A stretch of DNA of 64,000 nucleotides, from positions 1 through 64,000 of the forward strand of contig ADNK01002664.1 in assembly GCA_000320545.1 (NCBI GenBank), read 5' to 3'. The notes beneath the pieces were generated by a model. It saw nothing but the letters and a program-made list of their open reading frames with translations. It was not told where the DNA came from and searched no databases. The position numbers were made by a program, and so were the translations under genes. This document shows positions 13,446 through 28,820 of the stretch, piece by piece. How positions within the stretch are numbered: the stretch's first letter is position 1; each line of letters starts with the position of its first letter. The stretch comes from Bigelowiella natans CCMP2755. Taxonomy: Eukaryota > Protista > Cercozoa.

Positions 13446-14047
13446 AGTGTGTGTGTGTGTGTGTTGTGTGTGTGTGCGTGTGCGTGTTAGTGTGTGCCCT
13501 AGTACTACTGCTACCACAACTTCAACTGCTATTACTCTCATCTTATTACTACCACCCTTTCCTCCTCCTCCCCCTCCTCCTCCTATCCCTTTGGTTTAAA
13601 GGTTGGCATTTTAAATGTCGATATATGGGGACCTTCCGTACGTGCAGCTGCTAACTAACTTGCACACATCTCACGACAACAGCAACAACAAGAACAACAA
13701 CAACGATAATAATGATGACGACGTTGGTGATGAGGATGCAAATGTATAATCGATGGATATAAGCCTCAAAGTTACTAATTTACTATGAATTTAGATTCCC
13801 AAAATGTTAGGAGTCTCTGGAATGACCGTACAGCAGAGTAATGCCGGATGCACACACTTGTCGATATACTAAATGAAATGAGAGAGGGAGAGGGGGGTGG
13901 GGAGGGTCTCCTTATCCACCATCATCCTATCCATAACCGAATCATCATTAACCTCATCGTTGTCACCATATTCCCCCCCCCCCCCCCTTTCTTCTGATAT
14001 TGTAGGTAGTTTCGGTTGGGAACCTGTGATGGCAACTTCCAATCTTT

Positions 14048-14078
<31 letters not shown>

Positions 14079-14213
14079 CAGTAGTAGTTATAATAGTAGC
14101 AGTAGCAGTAGCGGGGGCTGTGATGGTACAACAGCAATCATTAAATCGTATATATCCCTACTAATGTATCGACGAAGATGCGTATTCGCGCCCAGCTTCG
14201 TTCTTGCGGCATA

Positions 14214-14257
<44 letters not shown>

Positions 14258-14437
14258 CAGATAAGGCTAGTTGTGGCGGTGTTGTACAAGGCTCTTGATG
14301 CTGATGCTGCTGCTGATGATGATAAATATATGCTGTGTTTGCTGTTTCAGTAATGTCCATTGGTTTTCTCCTCAATCATCCCGATGATGCAGGTAGTTGT
14401 AAGCAGTTGTGATCACACAAACAAACAATCAAACAAC

Positions 14438-14468
<31 letters not shown>

Positions 14469-14507
14469 GAATATTATGTAAGTAACCCAACAACGGTGCT
14501 TCTCTGT

Positions 14508-14541
<34 letters not shown>

Positions 14542-15330
14542 CCATCCACACTAAAATTCAGTCATATGGAGAGGCCCTCGGAAGGATGCCTTAATACGAC
14601 AGTTCTTGAGTCAAGGTAATCGTGGTGTTGTCCATGTTGACTTGGTGGATGGAAGTGCTTCAATACAATGCGTTTGATTGTTTGATTGACGATTACTTCG
14701 CAGTGAATTGGGGGGCGCTGGACTACTTGATCATCGATACGCCTCCAGGCACTTCCGATGAGCATATTTCAACTGCACAATATCTAGGTGCGAACGACGC
14801 ACATGCATGTATACGATGTAACAACCGCCAGTGCTGATGATCATAATAATAACAATAAATATTACAGTAATAATAATAAATGATGAGAATTTGTTTGAGG
14901 TGGGGGGGGGGAGGAGTGGGTATGTGTGCTGTGTGTATGGTATGTGTATATTTTGTGTTTGATATGTGTATGATTTGTGTGTGTGTGTGCGCGCACGCGG
15001 AGGGCTAATTAATGTGAATAATGCATGTATCGTAGCTATTGTTGTCGCTCATTACAATATTGCAATCAGCACAAACTCGCATAGAAGGCGCAGTTATTGT
15101 CACGACACCACAGGTAGTGATAGTTGTCCAATATACATTAATCCGTAGTAGAACTAGTTGTAGAAGAAGAAGAAGAAGATGCTAGCTGTAGTGTTTTAGC
15201 TGTAGTGGTCAGCCTTGTCTCAATTATATGAAATTTACAGTGTGTCTATTGCGTGCGTGTGTATTGTTTTTGTTGTTGTTGTTGGTTTTGTTGCTGCGTG
15301 ATTAGGATGTATCGTTATCTGACGTGCGTA

Positions 15331-15366
<36 letters not shown>

Positions 15367-15386
15367 CCATACTATCGTATCCTTGC

Positions 15387-15430
<44 letters not shown>

Positions 15431-15642
15431 TCCCCTCCCCACCCTCAACATCGTCTTGCGTCCTGATCTAATTTCCACACATCATAATCATCATCATCAT
15501 CATCATCATCATTATCATCATTATAGGAGATCACATTCTGCCGCAAGGTTGGAATCCCAATCTTAGGCGTGATAGAGAATATGAAAGGTGGTTATCATCA
15601 TCGTGCTTATCCTCTCATGGATGATGATGCAGTAGCAGTCGT

Positions 15643-15676
<34 letters not shown>

Positions 15677-16034
15677 CAGTAGTAGCTTCTAAGTACTCAA
15701 GATGCAGCTCAAAGAACAATATACGATGAACCCTTGCCTATCAATTTCTTTTTTTTGCACGGTGTGATGGTGGTGGTAACGATGACGATGATGGTGATGA
15801 TGATAATGATAACTTCAGGTCTTACAGTACCTATGCCGATGGCAGTGGGTGATAAGGAAGAACACCAAGAAGGAGAACATGCTGCAGCAGCAGTAGGAGC
15901 ACACAGGGGGGATAATGCGGCTCTCAAGGGAACAATCAAGATGAAATCGTCAATTCAAATTATTGATATGGTATTCGTTTTGTATGAAAACTCATGAATT
16001 CCTACAAACGTACATCACGCAAATGCCGATAATA

Positions 16035-16078
<44 letters not shown>

Positions 16079-16418
16079 TTTGTAATAAATATATATTGAT
16101 AAAATGTGTGTGTGTGTGTGTGTGTGGTTTCGAAAGAATACAAATGAGGATCTGACTGAAGTTGCTATTGAGGTTGTACATGTGCATATATTAACTCGAT
16201 GTGTGCGTGGTTTTGTATTTTGCGCTGCGACATAATGACAATGTTGTTCTCTATCTGGTTATCATCCCGGTAAGTTTTAGGTATGATCTCTGTCGTTTTG
16301 CTTTTATTTTTGCAAAGGCGCTTAAACGAGCGTTTCCTACTCGACGACTTGGTTTTCACACCGATGATATTCTCCCTCCTACTTCCGGAGGTGCACGACA
16401 GATGGCGCAGGTGGATGT

Positions 16419-16489
<71 letters not shown>

Positions 16490-16790
16490 TGTTTGTATGT
16501 GCCCTTCCTTCTTGCGTGTGTGCTTTTGTTTTTGTGATTTGATTCTATTGTGAAAAACTGCTGAATGAGATGATTCTCTTGAGAACGACCTCAAATATGT
16601 TTCAATTTCGGTTTCTTCCTTCGTAGAAAATGTTAAGTTCATCATCGTCCTCGTCGTCGGCGTGATCGCCATCATGAAGTATTATGCTGCATACGAATTG
16701 CCTATAGGACATGTCTGTGCCCTACCTTGGCTTGGTGCCTTTGGATCCTGTTCTTGCTAGAGCTTGCGACTTGTACCACCACTATCACTG

Positions 16791-16823
<33 letters not shown>

Positions 16824-17125
16824 CTGCATAAACACGCATTGAACAGTCTTTGGTTTTGAGTATTTGAACAAATATTATTATCGTCAACATTTCGCATTCG
16901 CAGACCTTTTGCAGAAAGTGGTGGTCGTTTTGTTGCGATTGCGGAGACATCCTAATCATACCTATCATCGTTTGAGTGATATCTATAACTACCCCAAAAC
17001 ACTCACATTCACACAAATGTACTTTCGCAATCAGAGGATTTGAGGATAAATACGGTATTGGTGAGGGCCAAGCCTGTCTTCGGAGAATTGTTGATTCGAT
17101 TGCAAAGTCCTCAGAGCATGTTTAA
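11975..17125 (+). CDS. NBP35: Cytosolic-type Fe-S cluster assembly (CIA) scaffold NBP35/NUBP1, plant/algal type, with an N-terminal targeting leader
   Basis: N-terminal C-x13-C-x2-C-x5-C ([24 protein letters not shown]), P-loop [87 protein letters not shown]; about 20 exons. The three leader exons (11975-12446) are inferred from splice sites. Confidence 0.93.
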
Positions 17126-17979
17126 TAGAAGTAATATCGTAGAACATGGTAATGATCACGATCAAATGATGCCCAATCCATCACGCAACCCCAAAGCAGG
17201 CACGTAACTGCTTGCTCTTTTTGCTGAATGACAGCGAGTGGGGCTTCTTAGTTAAAAGTGCTGACCTCCATTCATTTTTGAACATTGAGGAGCATGCATG
17301 CGATACAGCAGATGCAGTGCATACAGCCTAGAGCTAGCATGCCGAGCACAAGTCATTGTAGCACATATATTAGCTGGAGTAACTAGAGTAAAAAGTCAGC
17401 AGCTCGAATCAGATGCAAGCTGCTATGACAAGACGATGTAATCGAAGCCATGCATGTGCAGCAAGCTGCATGTTGTACACCGAATCAACACACACGCCAT
17501 GTTACATAACAACATATCTCTGCTTGCGTACGTGTCGCTTAGACCACTTATATCTAGTACATGCGATACTGTCGTTGACTTATTGGCTCATCAGTAGCTA
17601 GCCAGCTAGATTCTACGTAAATGGCATTATTCGCCAGGCAATCAGGGCGCTACGTACTTATTGTTCCAAACTTGCGCACGCATACGCGCCAGTAGTGCCA
17701 GATCGCGACTACATGCATGCATGTCTAGATCGTGAGATGACAGTTTGGCTTCGCAAAGTATGATACAGCATGTTGTTGCCTGTGATTATCATTAAATGTC
17801 CTTCGTCGTATCATAAAGTGTGCTTCATTCAAACTATTCCACGTGATCGATACTTCGAGCCTGCTTACTACTGCTGTCTATAGTGCGTTGTACATATGCG
17901 GCAATAATACTCTTCTTGTCACCAATGTTGTCCTCACTGCTGTCGTGAATACAGTCGAATGGCGGAACATTTAGAGATA

Positions 17980-18607
17980 TCAGCCCATCATCGTAGAAGC
18001 AGCACCACGCTTTGTCTCAGGTTTCTTCGGTAAGCCTGTGTGATAAATGGATGATGGCGTAGGGAACGAAGAATAGGTGAGACTATCTTGATTGGAAACA
18101 ACGATGATGGCCACGACGATGATGATGATAATGACAATGATGGCGTTGGAATGTGCACTTTCCTCCCGCTCCTCTCCTCTCTCCCCTCCCCCCTCCCCGT
18201 GTGTACGTATGGTAGCATACCTTCGTCCATTTCAGCAAGGTTTTGCCACAATCCATCCACTATAAAGAAGAGGAGGAAGAAGAAGCAGGAGATGGAGAAG
18301 AAAGGGAAAAGAACCAATACAAAAACAAACATTATCATCAATATATATATCCGATTCAGAAGTACTTGCTGAATATAATGATCAGATCATTTCTCATCAT
18401 CCTCCTCCTCCTCCTCCTCCTCCTCCTCCTCACAATTTAGCGTTTATTTACAGGATTCTTTCCACAAGCTGACAGAGTTGCTGCCTTCCGATACAGCTAA
18501 GATGTTCCCTGAGCACCAGCACCAGCAGTAGCAGCAGTAGAAGAAGAAGAAGAGGAAGAGGACAACATCATCATCGTCACTCCATCAGTAATCCCAAACT
18601 ACCCCAC

Positions 18608-18642
<35 letters not shown>

Positions 18643-18770
18643 GTAGTGCTATAATAATAATAATACCCATGATGGACCATGATACGCTCCATGGCTTGCT
18701 CTTGCAGTCTATCCTCTTAGTTGGTTCTATCAGCTGCGACAAAAACAACAACAACAACAACGTCATTACA

Positions 18771-18803
<33 letters not shown>

Positions 18804-18874
18804 TATCAAAATCATTTCCCAATATGGACTAAATACTAATTATTGCTGCGAAATTTTAAGAAGAAATCTTGCAA

Positions 18875-18916
<42 letters not shown>

Positions 18917-19154
18917 TTCTTTCTCTCGGAATGAATAATGGTTGGTATCATGATTACTACCCCGTTTTTGTTCTCCGTCCATATCCAAACCTACATTAGA
19001 AACATATATATTGATGCAATACCATCCTACCCCCCTCCCAATTTTCATCCCATTCATACCAACTGCCAACGGTACTCATACCCACTTCTAGTTCTCAAGA
19101 TAGAAGATAATATCGAGCTCCTTTCTATTTGTAGTAGGTCACCATCATCGTCGC

Positions 19155-19185
<31 letters not shown>

Positions 19186-19451
19186 GTCCTCCTCATTCTC
19201 GTCGTCTAGCAGCACGCACACTGAGTGACTGACCTTCTGATCTTCTGCACACGATGCAATGGTTGCCCCAGGCACTCCAAGGCTTGGGGCCCAAGCAACA
19301 TCCCGAACCCATCCTGACGATCACGATCCAATCAACATTAGGAGGGAGGAGGAGAAGGAGGAGGAGGAGGAGGAGGAAGAACGCGATTAGCCAGAGGGAC
19401 TAGTGCACAAACTGGCATTACTATGACTCACGATGTTGCTAGTTATTTGCT

Positions 19452-19488
<37 letters not shown>

Positions 19489-19902
19489 GCTACTATTACC
19501 TTCATGCACAATTCCGTTGTCCTTGAGACACTGCAACAACAAACAAACGTACTGTTATCATTTGGAAATATCATTATCATCACTATTTTTGAACATAAAA
19601 AAGAGGTTTGGGCAGCTGGACAAGCACGATGCTTGTGGCGGAGAGAAGGGAAGGAAGGAGGAAGGGAACAAGGAAGGAAAGAAAACAATTTCTCTAATTC
19701 GGTCTGATTTCCCACTATTTCCGCAACGTAAAAAGGCATAATTGTTTCTCTTCTCACTTATCAATGTGTGTGCGCGCGCACTCACACACACACACACACA
19801 CATACACTCGTACACACAGGCAGTACATTCTGAGGCTCCCACATGCCCTTGACTTCGTTCTTGTGCCAAATAGAAACCTATACCGTGGTGCGAAATAGTA
19901 GC

Positions 19903-19934
<32 letters not shown>

Positions 19935-20160
19935 CGACGATGATGGTAGTAAAACAACCAACACGTATTATCCTCTAATTACACAAAAAGATTAGTGCAA
20001 TAATACCATACGCCTTCCTACCGGTTCTAAGATATGTAGGAGGAGGAGGAGGAGGAGGAGGAGGAGTACCTTGTTATCACAGCCCCCAGTAACCATCCTT
20101 TTCATTGGCTGTTGGTCAGCACCTTCTTGTGGGTTAAGATATCCTAACGATGATATGATA

Positions 20161-20197
<37 letters not shown>

Positions 20198-21156
20198 TGA
20201 TGAGGATGTTGATGACCATGATGACTATGGGATGATGAAAGAGGAGGGGGGAGAAGTAGCTATTATACGTGGGGCTTGTACACAACAACAAAGAACCTAC
20301 AGAAACTACCAGTAGTACTATCAGTACCTGTTCTAATTGCAGGAGCCCAAGAGACAGAGTTAACTCCTCCTGAATGTGCCTCGAAACTCTCTCGGTGCCA
20401 CTGGTTGTCTGCGATGATGATTGTGATGATGATGATGATTGGATAATGATGAGTAGACAACAGTGGAGCTGGTAGTTGAGATAGTTTATATAATGTGCTT
20501 GCTGCTGAAAACTGCGAAATGGTCATCGTTCGTTATTGATTAATACCAGTAGTCCTTGCATCAATAACTATTTCTGATTGTTGGTACAATCTACACGATG
20601 ACATTCATTTCTCTCATACGGTGATTCTGGGAATCGTGGGTTGGTGCTACTAACATCTGACACATGATCACACATACAAACACACCCCCCACACACACAC
20701 CTTTGAAAGTGTAAACAGATACTGTTCCATCTGCTGATGCTGCTGCAAGCACCCTCCCGACTTCGTGGGGTGCCCAAGAGACAGAGTTTACTACAAAGAG
20801 TAAAATAACACAACAGCAACAACACTACTAAGAATTGCTACCTAAATAGTAATAGTACTATCATCCACATGCCTATACAGACTGTAAGTTAATACTACTA
20901 CTTATTTCTGTGTGATCTATGCGTTCTCTTTCTGAACACGTGTTCCTTGGTATCAGGTCAATTTTATCTTATTTTCGCCGCAGCAGCAGCAATCAGCAGC
21001 TAAGATGAATTAGCGAACACCTGAGGCTTTGTGGGAGGTATCCTCGTAAACTTTGCGCCATACATTCTTTTGGAACTCTTGCCAGATAATTACCTGAAAT
21101 CATTTTTAAATATTTACGTATATTGAATAAATTAATGTACGCGCGCGCGCGCGCGT

Positions 21157-21201
<45 letters not shown>

Positions 21202-21336
21202 GTGGTGGGTACAAATGAATTTGTACGATAACATACAAAAAGAAACCCACTCCTACCTTCATATCATAGGAACAAGAAGCCAATAGATTGCCATGTTTCG
21301 GATGACCCCATGCGACCTAAGATATGTATAAGCAGG

Positions 21337-21378
<42 letters not shown>

Positions 21379-21919
21379 GTGTGTGCGTGTGTGCGTGTAT
21401 ATAATGGCATGTAATCTCCACACACAAGATGTCCCTTTCCCTCCCACTAACCCGCCACACTGGTCCCGAGTGGTCCTTCAGTTCTGCAAGAAGCTTTTGC
21501 GTCTTCCCTTGAAGTTCAAAAATCTTGATTGTTCCTGTTATGTGATACAAATAACACAAACCATAATTGTGGAGAGCATGGTTGATTGCGTGTTGATGGT
21601 AAGCGGCTGCATTTGCCGCAGTGCGATAATCTCTTCACGATCTTGTGTGGAAGATGGAATCTAAGTGAGTCACTAGTAATGATGAATATTACGGTCGGAC
21701 GAAGCTGTAGCTACACGTTTTCCGTAGTAGTCGAGCTGAGCATCATGCTGATAACAAAGGGCAGATTCAGGACTCTTCCTCTTAGTGCAACAAAATGAAC
21801 TTACGATCATCTCCTCATGACCGGTCTCGAAGGACACGTCGGATGATTCAGCCTAATTATAATTCCAACAATACAAATGTGAGTTATAATCAGAAAGATG
21901 GAAAGGGGGGGGAGACCAT
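17980..21919 (-). CDS. SEC13: COPII coat/nucleoporin WD40 protein Sec13
   Basis: M|AESSDVSFETGHEEMI|HDAQLDYYGKRVATASSD, KDHSGPVWR, HPKHGNLLASCSYD, AHSGGVNSVSWAP, MVTGGCDNK, WVRDVAWAP..GATIASCAEDQK, GNILAVSEG. Confidence 0.96.
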
Positions 21920-22814
21920 TGTCTGGAGCGGTGATGTCACTCTCTTTCTCCAATAATAAGATCTTTAAGTTACATATGTGCGTGAAAATAGTACATATTT
22001 TCATCCGTTTACTAGAAACGTCATGCTATCTTTACTATAACTACTCTATTTTATAACTCATTTAGTATCTCATTTTTACACTTTGCAGTAAGATTCACAC
22101 ATACAGACTCTGAAAACTAATAGCTATGTGAAAAATATGCCATATTATTACGGTTTAGGCATAATATTATTGTCGTATTATAAGTACACACATAGTTCGT
22201 CTAGAATTAACTAAACAAAAAGAGTCACATAGGCTTAGTATATTCTGCCGTGACGTAATTTTGGCTTATTAGAAAATGACGACAACAATAATGTGAAGTC
22301 TCTCTAACAAAATTGTGTTTTAATTCTTTAAAAGATTGAAACTTGGAAGTTCATAATTGAAAAATGGATTTCAAATTGATTTCTGAGTTCCGGCTATAAA
22401 CGGAATCCACGGAGGTTCAAATATAAGATTTAAAATCATAAACAAGAAGGATGAACTCAAGATTTATCCGATAAAATAGGCGATAAGTTTCATTATGCAT
22501 ACAATTATAGCCCAATTATAGCGTAAATTTGGATATTTAATGTAAAAAGATGCAAGTTATCTTCTGATTCTTCCTCGCGCACCATATATTGAGAATTGAA
22601 AGGAAGCATAGCTACTCGAAACACCTTGGTATGAATTAAGACGACATGATGAATTGTACATAATTGTCTAAAATAGTAGGACTTTTATCGTCTTGAGGGA
22701 TCTGTATTCACGCACAATAATCCTGATACAGAGCAGCTTTCTCCTTCGCACCTGTATCGTTCCAAGTTTCAGCACAAAACCTGAGCAGGGGAAGCACCTT
22801 CTCACAAAACAAAC

Positions 22815-23428
22815 ATGGCCAAGCACCATCCAGATCTTATCATGTGCCGGAAGCTTCCTGGAATAGGTATAGAATACGCTGTTTGTATTGGCTTTGTATA
22901 ACCGATTATTATAAACCCTTTCAGCGATCGGCCGCCTTTGCGTTAAGTGCGACGGAAAGTGCCCCATATGCGGTAGAAAATAATTTTACTTCTGAGAATT
23001 ATTTGTTATTTTGTGCATCAAAGGATATAACCCAATCACCGTTTGACACTTTGTACATCGAAGAATATATCTTTGTCCTATTTCAACTGCTCATCTTACA
23101 CATATTTGTAGACTCATATGTTCGTCCATGCACGCTGGTGCGCGTGTGCGATGAATGTAACTACGGATCATATCAAGGACGGTGCGTTGTATGCGGAGGG
23201 CAAGGAATATCGGACGCGTAATTAAATTTACATAGATAATCTTTCGATGACAAATGTTTCTCCCTTCCCTAGTCTCTTATTCTTCTTTATCAATATCACA
23301 GGTACTATTGCAAAGAGTGCACAATATTGGAGAAGGATAGAGACGGATGCCCGAAGATAGTAAATTTAGGATCGGCTAAAACAGATTTATTCTACGAGAG
23401 AAAAAAGTACGGATTTAAGAAACGGTGA
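22815..23428 (+). CDS. PHF5A: PHD finger protein 5A (SF3b14b/Rds3), U2 snRNP subunit
   Basis: Four exons: [110 protein letters not shown]. Confidence 0.98.
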
Positions 23429-23799
23429 TGAAGCTTGCATCGCATCATAGAATTGGTCAACTTCCAATCTCTGCTATCTTAAAGGAATATTTGCCACTGA
23501 ACAATTGATGTCATTGTCTTTATGAAAAGACTGTCTACAATAGATCAATGTTATTTGTTAATTTACACCTGCAGTGCGTATATTTATATCCGTTATTAAA
23601 TTCTACGATTCCATTCATTGCATTATTTGTCTGTATTTGTTTTGTAGATGTAAAACATACATAAATTGGATTCACAACTCATTGTACAAGCAAACACTTG
23701 ATAAATAAATGCCAGCACTTAAATTTTTATAATAGACAAACCGACAACACAAACATCCAACTATACACTACATATACATACAATATAAATATATATGTA

Positions 23800-23883
<84 letters not shown>

Positions 23884-24624
23884 TTATATTGTACTAGAAA
23901 TATACACAACCTTGACTAGAAGATATAAATTATATAGGGTGAAATGTTGCTGCATCACAAAATATAACTTGCTAGCTTGTGTCGCGGGCTGCGAAAACAC
24001 AGTGCTAGAGTGAGACATATTCGTTACATAATAGCAAACTTGTGTCTATTTTATTATGATAATCGATTACATGCTGCGCAGCAAATGATCGTCTCATCGA
24101 CGTGCAAGCTAGCAAGTATCAAGCTATAGCATATACACAAGATCTAGCGAGATGCTGTATCTAGATGTGCATGACGGCCGTCTATATTAGCTCGAGCTCG
24201 CATACTACTCTATCTAGCACTGTGTGTCTACTCTGCATGCACTACTGCTGCGCCAGCGTGGCGAAATGCCTTTGTTCACTAGTTAATGCTTCATGCACTC
24301 AAATGTAGCTAGCACTAGATGTCTATAGATGGCACCGCTGTTGCACACGAACTGTGAGGGCGTTCAGCATGCTAGCATGCGATGATGCTCGCAGTGCAAT
24401 AACAGTCTCGCACAAACCAGCAACTATTGTGGTTACGATACATGCTGCTACCATCTAGCTATGTAGAATCTGTACATCGAGCCTTTATTTCATGAACACC
24501 ATTACGGTCGTCTATGTGTGCCAGTCGGTACGTACGACAGCGTGGCTAATTAAATGTGCCGTACATTGCGTGTATTATAGTATGCAATAGAAAACCTAGC
24601 TGTGCTCAGAAACTCTGCAATATC

Positions 24625-24850
24625 CTAATAATGCAAGGTGAGCCATTGGTGCAGTCCATGGAGTTGTTCTTGGGTAACTGATGTGTGTTGAGTAGTAGGA
24701 AAGCATTAATATAACTATGAACATACTGTATACCTTGTATATGTTCTGTATGTTATATCGTCAGTAAATACAACGAGGATGGTCTCCTTATATAGCAATC
24801 AGCACCTCCCAAATTATAGCTCTTACAGCATAAGCATCAATGAAGAAAGT

Positions 24851-24902
<52 letters not shown>

Positions 24903-24970
24903 CAAACCCCTCCTCCATTTATGTTGTATGGATGATTTTCCTGCCGTTCTTTTTCTCTCTCTCATTCCAC

Positions 24971-25005
<35 letters not shown>

Positions 25006-25304
25006 CTACACATACCTACACACACCCACACACGCACGCACGTACTAACACTTATTTATTTTCTTTGCATTCTTATGGAAAAAGTAAATAATCGCTGCTG
25101 CACATACCTCCTCCATGCACTCCCTCAACTGGAACCTATTTATAATCACGCACGCACGTTACCTTCATCAATATCAAATAGATAATGTTTGCACTCTCAT
25201 AGTTTTCATCGCCTTCTCTCTTCTCTCTCTCTCTCATAAGGTTGCATGCGAGTAAATGTACACTCTATATCATATTATGTATGCGTGTATATGTGTATAT
25301 ATGC

Positions 25305-25347
<43 letters not shown>

Positions 25348-25670
25348 GAACTGTATTTGAATATATTTATAATGGAAATGTGAAAAACAAGTATTCTCTG
25401 ATCATCGAAACGACTTCTTCAAGATAATACATCGTAGAATATCACATATTATTTTCATTGTTCATCAATTTCCTCTTCGTTTGCTAGTAATTTTTCATCT
25501 GAGCACATATCTTCCATCATCACCAAGACGACCTGTATCGCCTTCAATCTATGACGCTGTGCGTCCTGAAGCTCGGGCATGCTGGTTAAGCACAAAAAGT
25601 ATCAATATATACATCACATCTGCGCACACCACAATCAAACAAAACACGCTTACACACGCATAGATTTACA

Positions 25671-25712
<42 letters not shown>

Positions 25713-25997
25713 TGTTTATGTTTATGCACATTCATTCGGGTAAAGAATATGCCATATCTTGAATATTTACCAATTGTTTATGACTAGGGTGTGGTAAGCG
25801 CAGCAACATCAAATCAAAACATTGAAAAACACCTATCATCGATGAGAATTGTCCTATTTCTTGACACTCCGCGACTTTGACGGATCCTCTCCATGGCCAT
25901 TCCTTTGCTAGATTTGAACGATCCTAACAGCTTAGAGCTGCCTGAGGGTGGGATGGATTACAGTCGAATCATGCAGCAGCAAGATCTTAAGATCTTC

Positions 25998-26030
<33 letters not shown>

Positions 26031-27440
26031 GCATGCAATCATACAAAGACGTTAATTGCAACCTATGATGCCAGTAAAACACCCTCTGAGGCCTTAAATT
26101 ATAGCAATACCAGCAAAGAGAAAATGATCAAGCCAAATTAATTATGTGAAACAAAACTCAGATCTGAATAGGGTTAACAGGGCAGATATATTTGGGTGTG
26201 AGTATGTATGAAGAAAGGGGGATGTGCGATTAAAAACCTATTCTTTTCAGGACATGTTCTATCACTTCCTCGTAGTTTCGGCTAAAAATAACACACACAC
26301 ACACACACAGCAGATACTTCAATTTTTATCATACGTTATGGTGAAAGTAGTCTGCACATGAGAAATTAACATGGGCTTGTGCGTCACACACCTCAACACA
26401 ACCAAATCTGTGACATTTGCCAGCTTTCTGAATTCTCCTTTTAACATAGCAGCACGACTTTCATATTTAGCAAGTGGGGGAGGGTTAGGAAAATATGGAG
26501 GAATCGTAGCAGTCCTATTGCCCCCCGGCATCTTCACCCTCTCAGGGGATGATTGTAGACTGTCTGAAAGAAACAGCTGGTGTTCTTCTTCTCTGCTGAG
26601 AAATAAATGTAGTAACGAGACGTAAAAGAGAAAGAAGCTCTCAATCAGATGCATCATATCAAGAACACACTCCAATCATTTGCTAAAGATTATCTTTCTT
26701 ACGTTTTGTCTCCATCAGCAGCAGCATTTGTTGTGTCAATGAGCTGCAGCCCGCCGCCTTTCTTTCCATTTTTGTCCCCATCATCATCATACTTGGAGAC
26801 CTCTTCTTCATCTTCGATCAGTGAGAGGAGTTGTTTATCCGAAATTTTCCTCAAGATAGATAGTGACTCTTCGGCGTTACGAGCACCCATCTTTAACAAA
26901 CGCAAATAGAAATTATTAAGATAGACATGATTGTCATAAAAACACCAGCAAAACAAAATGTTATTTCGTGCGCATTTTCAGAGAGCAACATAACACCACA
27001 CGCGCGCTTTGTGTACTAAAATGTTGCGTGCAGGTGAATCGTCAACCGACCCTTGCCATCAAGCTGAAGATGTGAAGACGAGAGATGGTCATATCGAAGT
27101 CAACAAACACAATGCTTTTATTATGCTGCTGCTGCTGGTAGTAGTGCCGTTCTAGAAGCCCTGACAGAGTACGATGACCACCCCCTTCCCCTCCACCTCC
27201 CCAGAGAAACCCTGCCACATATTTCCCCCTCCTTAATCGAGGTCTCATCTGCGAGCAACTTGATGGAATTACACCGTCTCTGCTTCTCCATGACAACTCA
27301 GACGAGGAAACATAGGATCCCCCATTGAGAAATACATCTCCCGCAGCAGTCCCCACTCTACGAATCGAAGCGAAGGGAATCATCCAGAGCCATGTGGCAC
27401 GCATCAACGCGCTCCGAGTAGCCACAGCCATTGCTGGCAT
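24625..27440 (-). CDS. HAD-superfamily hydrolase (phosphatase-like) with a long N-terminal extension
   Basis: Motif I IVFVDFDMTIS, motif II LVVLSRN, motif III Lys (SSKG), motif IV ILIDD across spliced exons; ends HQWLTLHY*. Start codon tentative. Confidence 0.75.
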
Positions 27441-27848
27441 TCCGTCCACTCCTCCGTGGAAGCTGGTTGGAAGGAATATGTTTTGATGATTATGGGAGCA
27501 CACGCCGACCGACCTCCACACTCCTCCACACCGTGCTCCTGGAAGAGTAGATGAGCGAAGAAACAACAATAACAACAACTATAAACGAAAATATGTGAAT
27601 AGATCTATCTTCGGTAATTCTAGGTCAATCCAACGGCAACAATTTATGCATGGGCAGGATTCTTAATTTATTCAAAGTCAAATGAGATAATGGAAAATGG
27701 AGAAGAAGCGTTAGAAGTTTCTGGTGTAAATACTAACAACGACAGCATCACAAATAGAATACTTCTATGAGATCATACGATGTTTCCGGGTAAAGATATT
27801 TCCTGATCTGGCAGAAAATTCCTACTCAGAAGTGAAATACGACGCACC

Positions 27849-28731
27849 ATGGCCGCCTCTCCTCAGTCCATCGTTCAAACTCTCAACCCCTCCTCCACGA
27901 ACATATCTACTCAATTGCTGGGCTTGTTCGCTAGCATGCTAAGTAGTCAGAAAGACAGTGAGACTGTCGCTTCAAAGTTAACAGAGCTTGCAGAGGAAGC
28001 TGAGGGCCAGGTAACCCATCGAAACCAATGCAATATCTGCCGTCCTGTCACTCGTCGGAGAGTGCTCTCAGATTTGTTTTTCTGTTTTCTCTTTGAAGGT
28101 GCAGGTTGGAGATTTGCTTTTACGTGGAATATTCTCTCTTATCCTAGATGCTCTTCATGGTTCATATTCAGGTTCCATCTTCGGACATCGTCTCCATACT
28201 CGAGGAATCGTGTGATCAGAAGAGCTATCAAGACATCCTCTCGACGGCCAAGATCGCGGCTAAGCGCTCGAAGAACTATCATTCTATGCTTCCATTTTTG
28301 ACCCGAACTGGCCACGAGGACTTTAATGTGCGATTTGCAGACTACTCGACGACGTGTATCTTGTATACCACCATCATATTGTCTTGACCAAATCTCATCA
28401 TTTAATTTCCTTCTATATGTTGTTTCAAAAGTCGGGAATGGAACCATCTTTAAATAACGTAGAGGTAAATATTCTTCCTACTGAAATATTATTTGTGTCA
28501 CCATTTTCATTATTCATTCATTCATGACTACAACATACACAACCAAAGTGAAATGATGATGATCGACCATCAAAACAATAATCGAATCGATGAATAAACC
28601 TCAGGAGCTTGCCAAGAAGGTTGTCTTATGTGTAGGAGCAGGGGGTCTTGGCTGTGAAATCCTTAAGAATCTAGCACTGAGTGGTATCAAGGTAATAATG
28701 ATATAATTAATATACACACAAACACGACGTT

Positions 28732-28820
<89 letters not shown>

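Noticed and set aside
13602-13637. NBP35 exon reads [12 protein letters not shown] instead of the usual LDxDICGPS
   Set aside because: Two single-base changes in a stretch with run-length-inflated flanks; sequencing error is at least as likely as real divergence, and reads are needed
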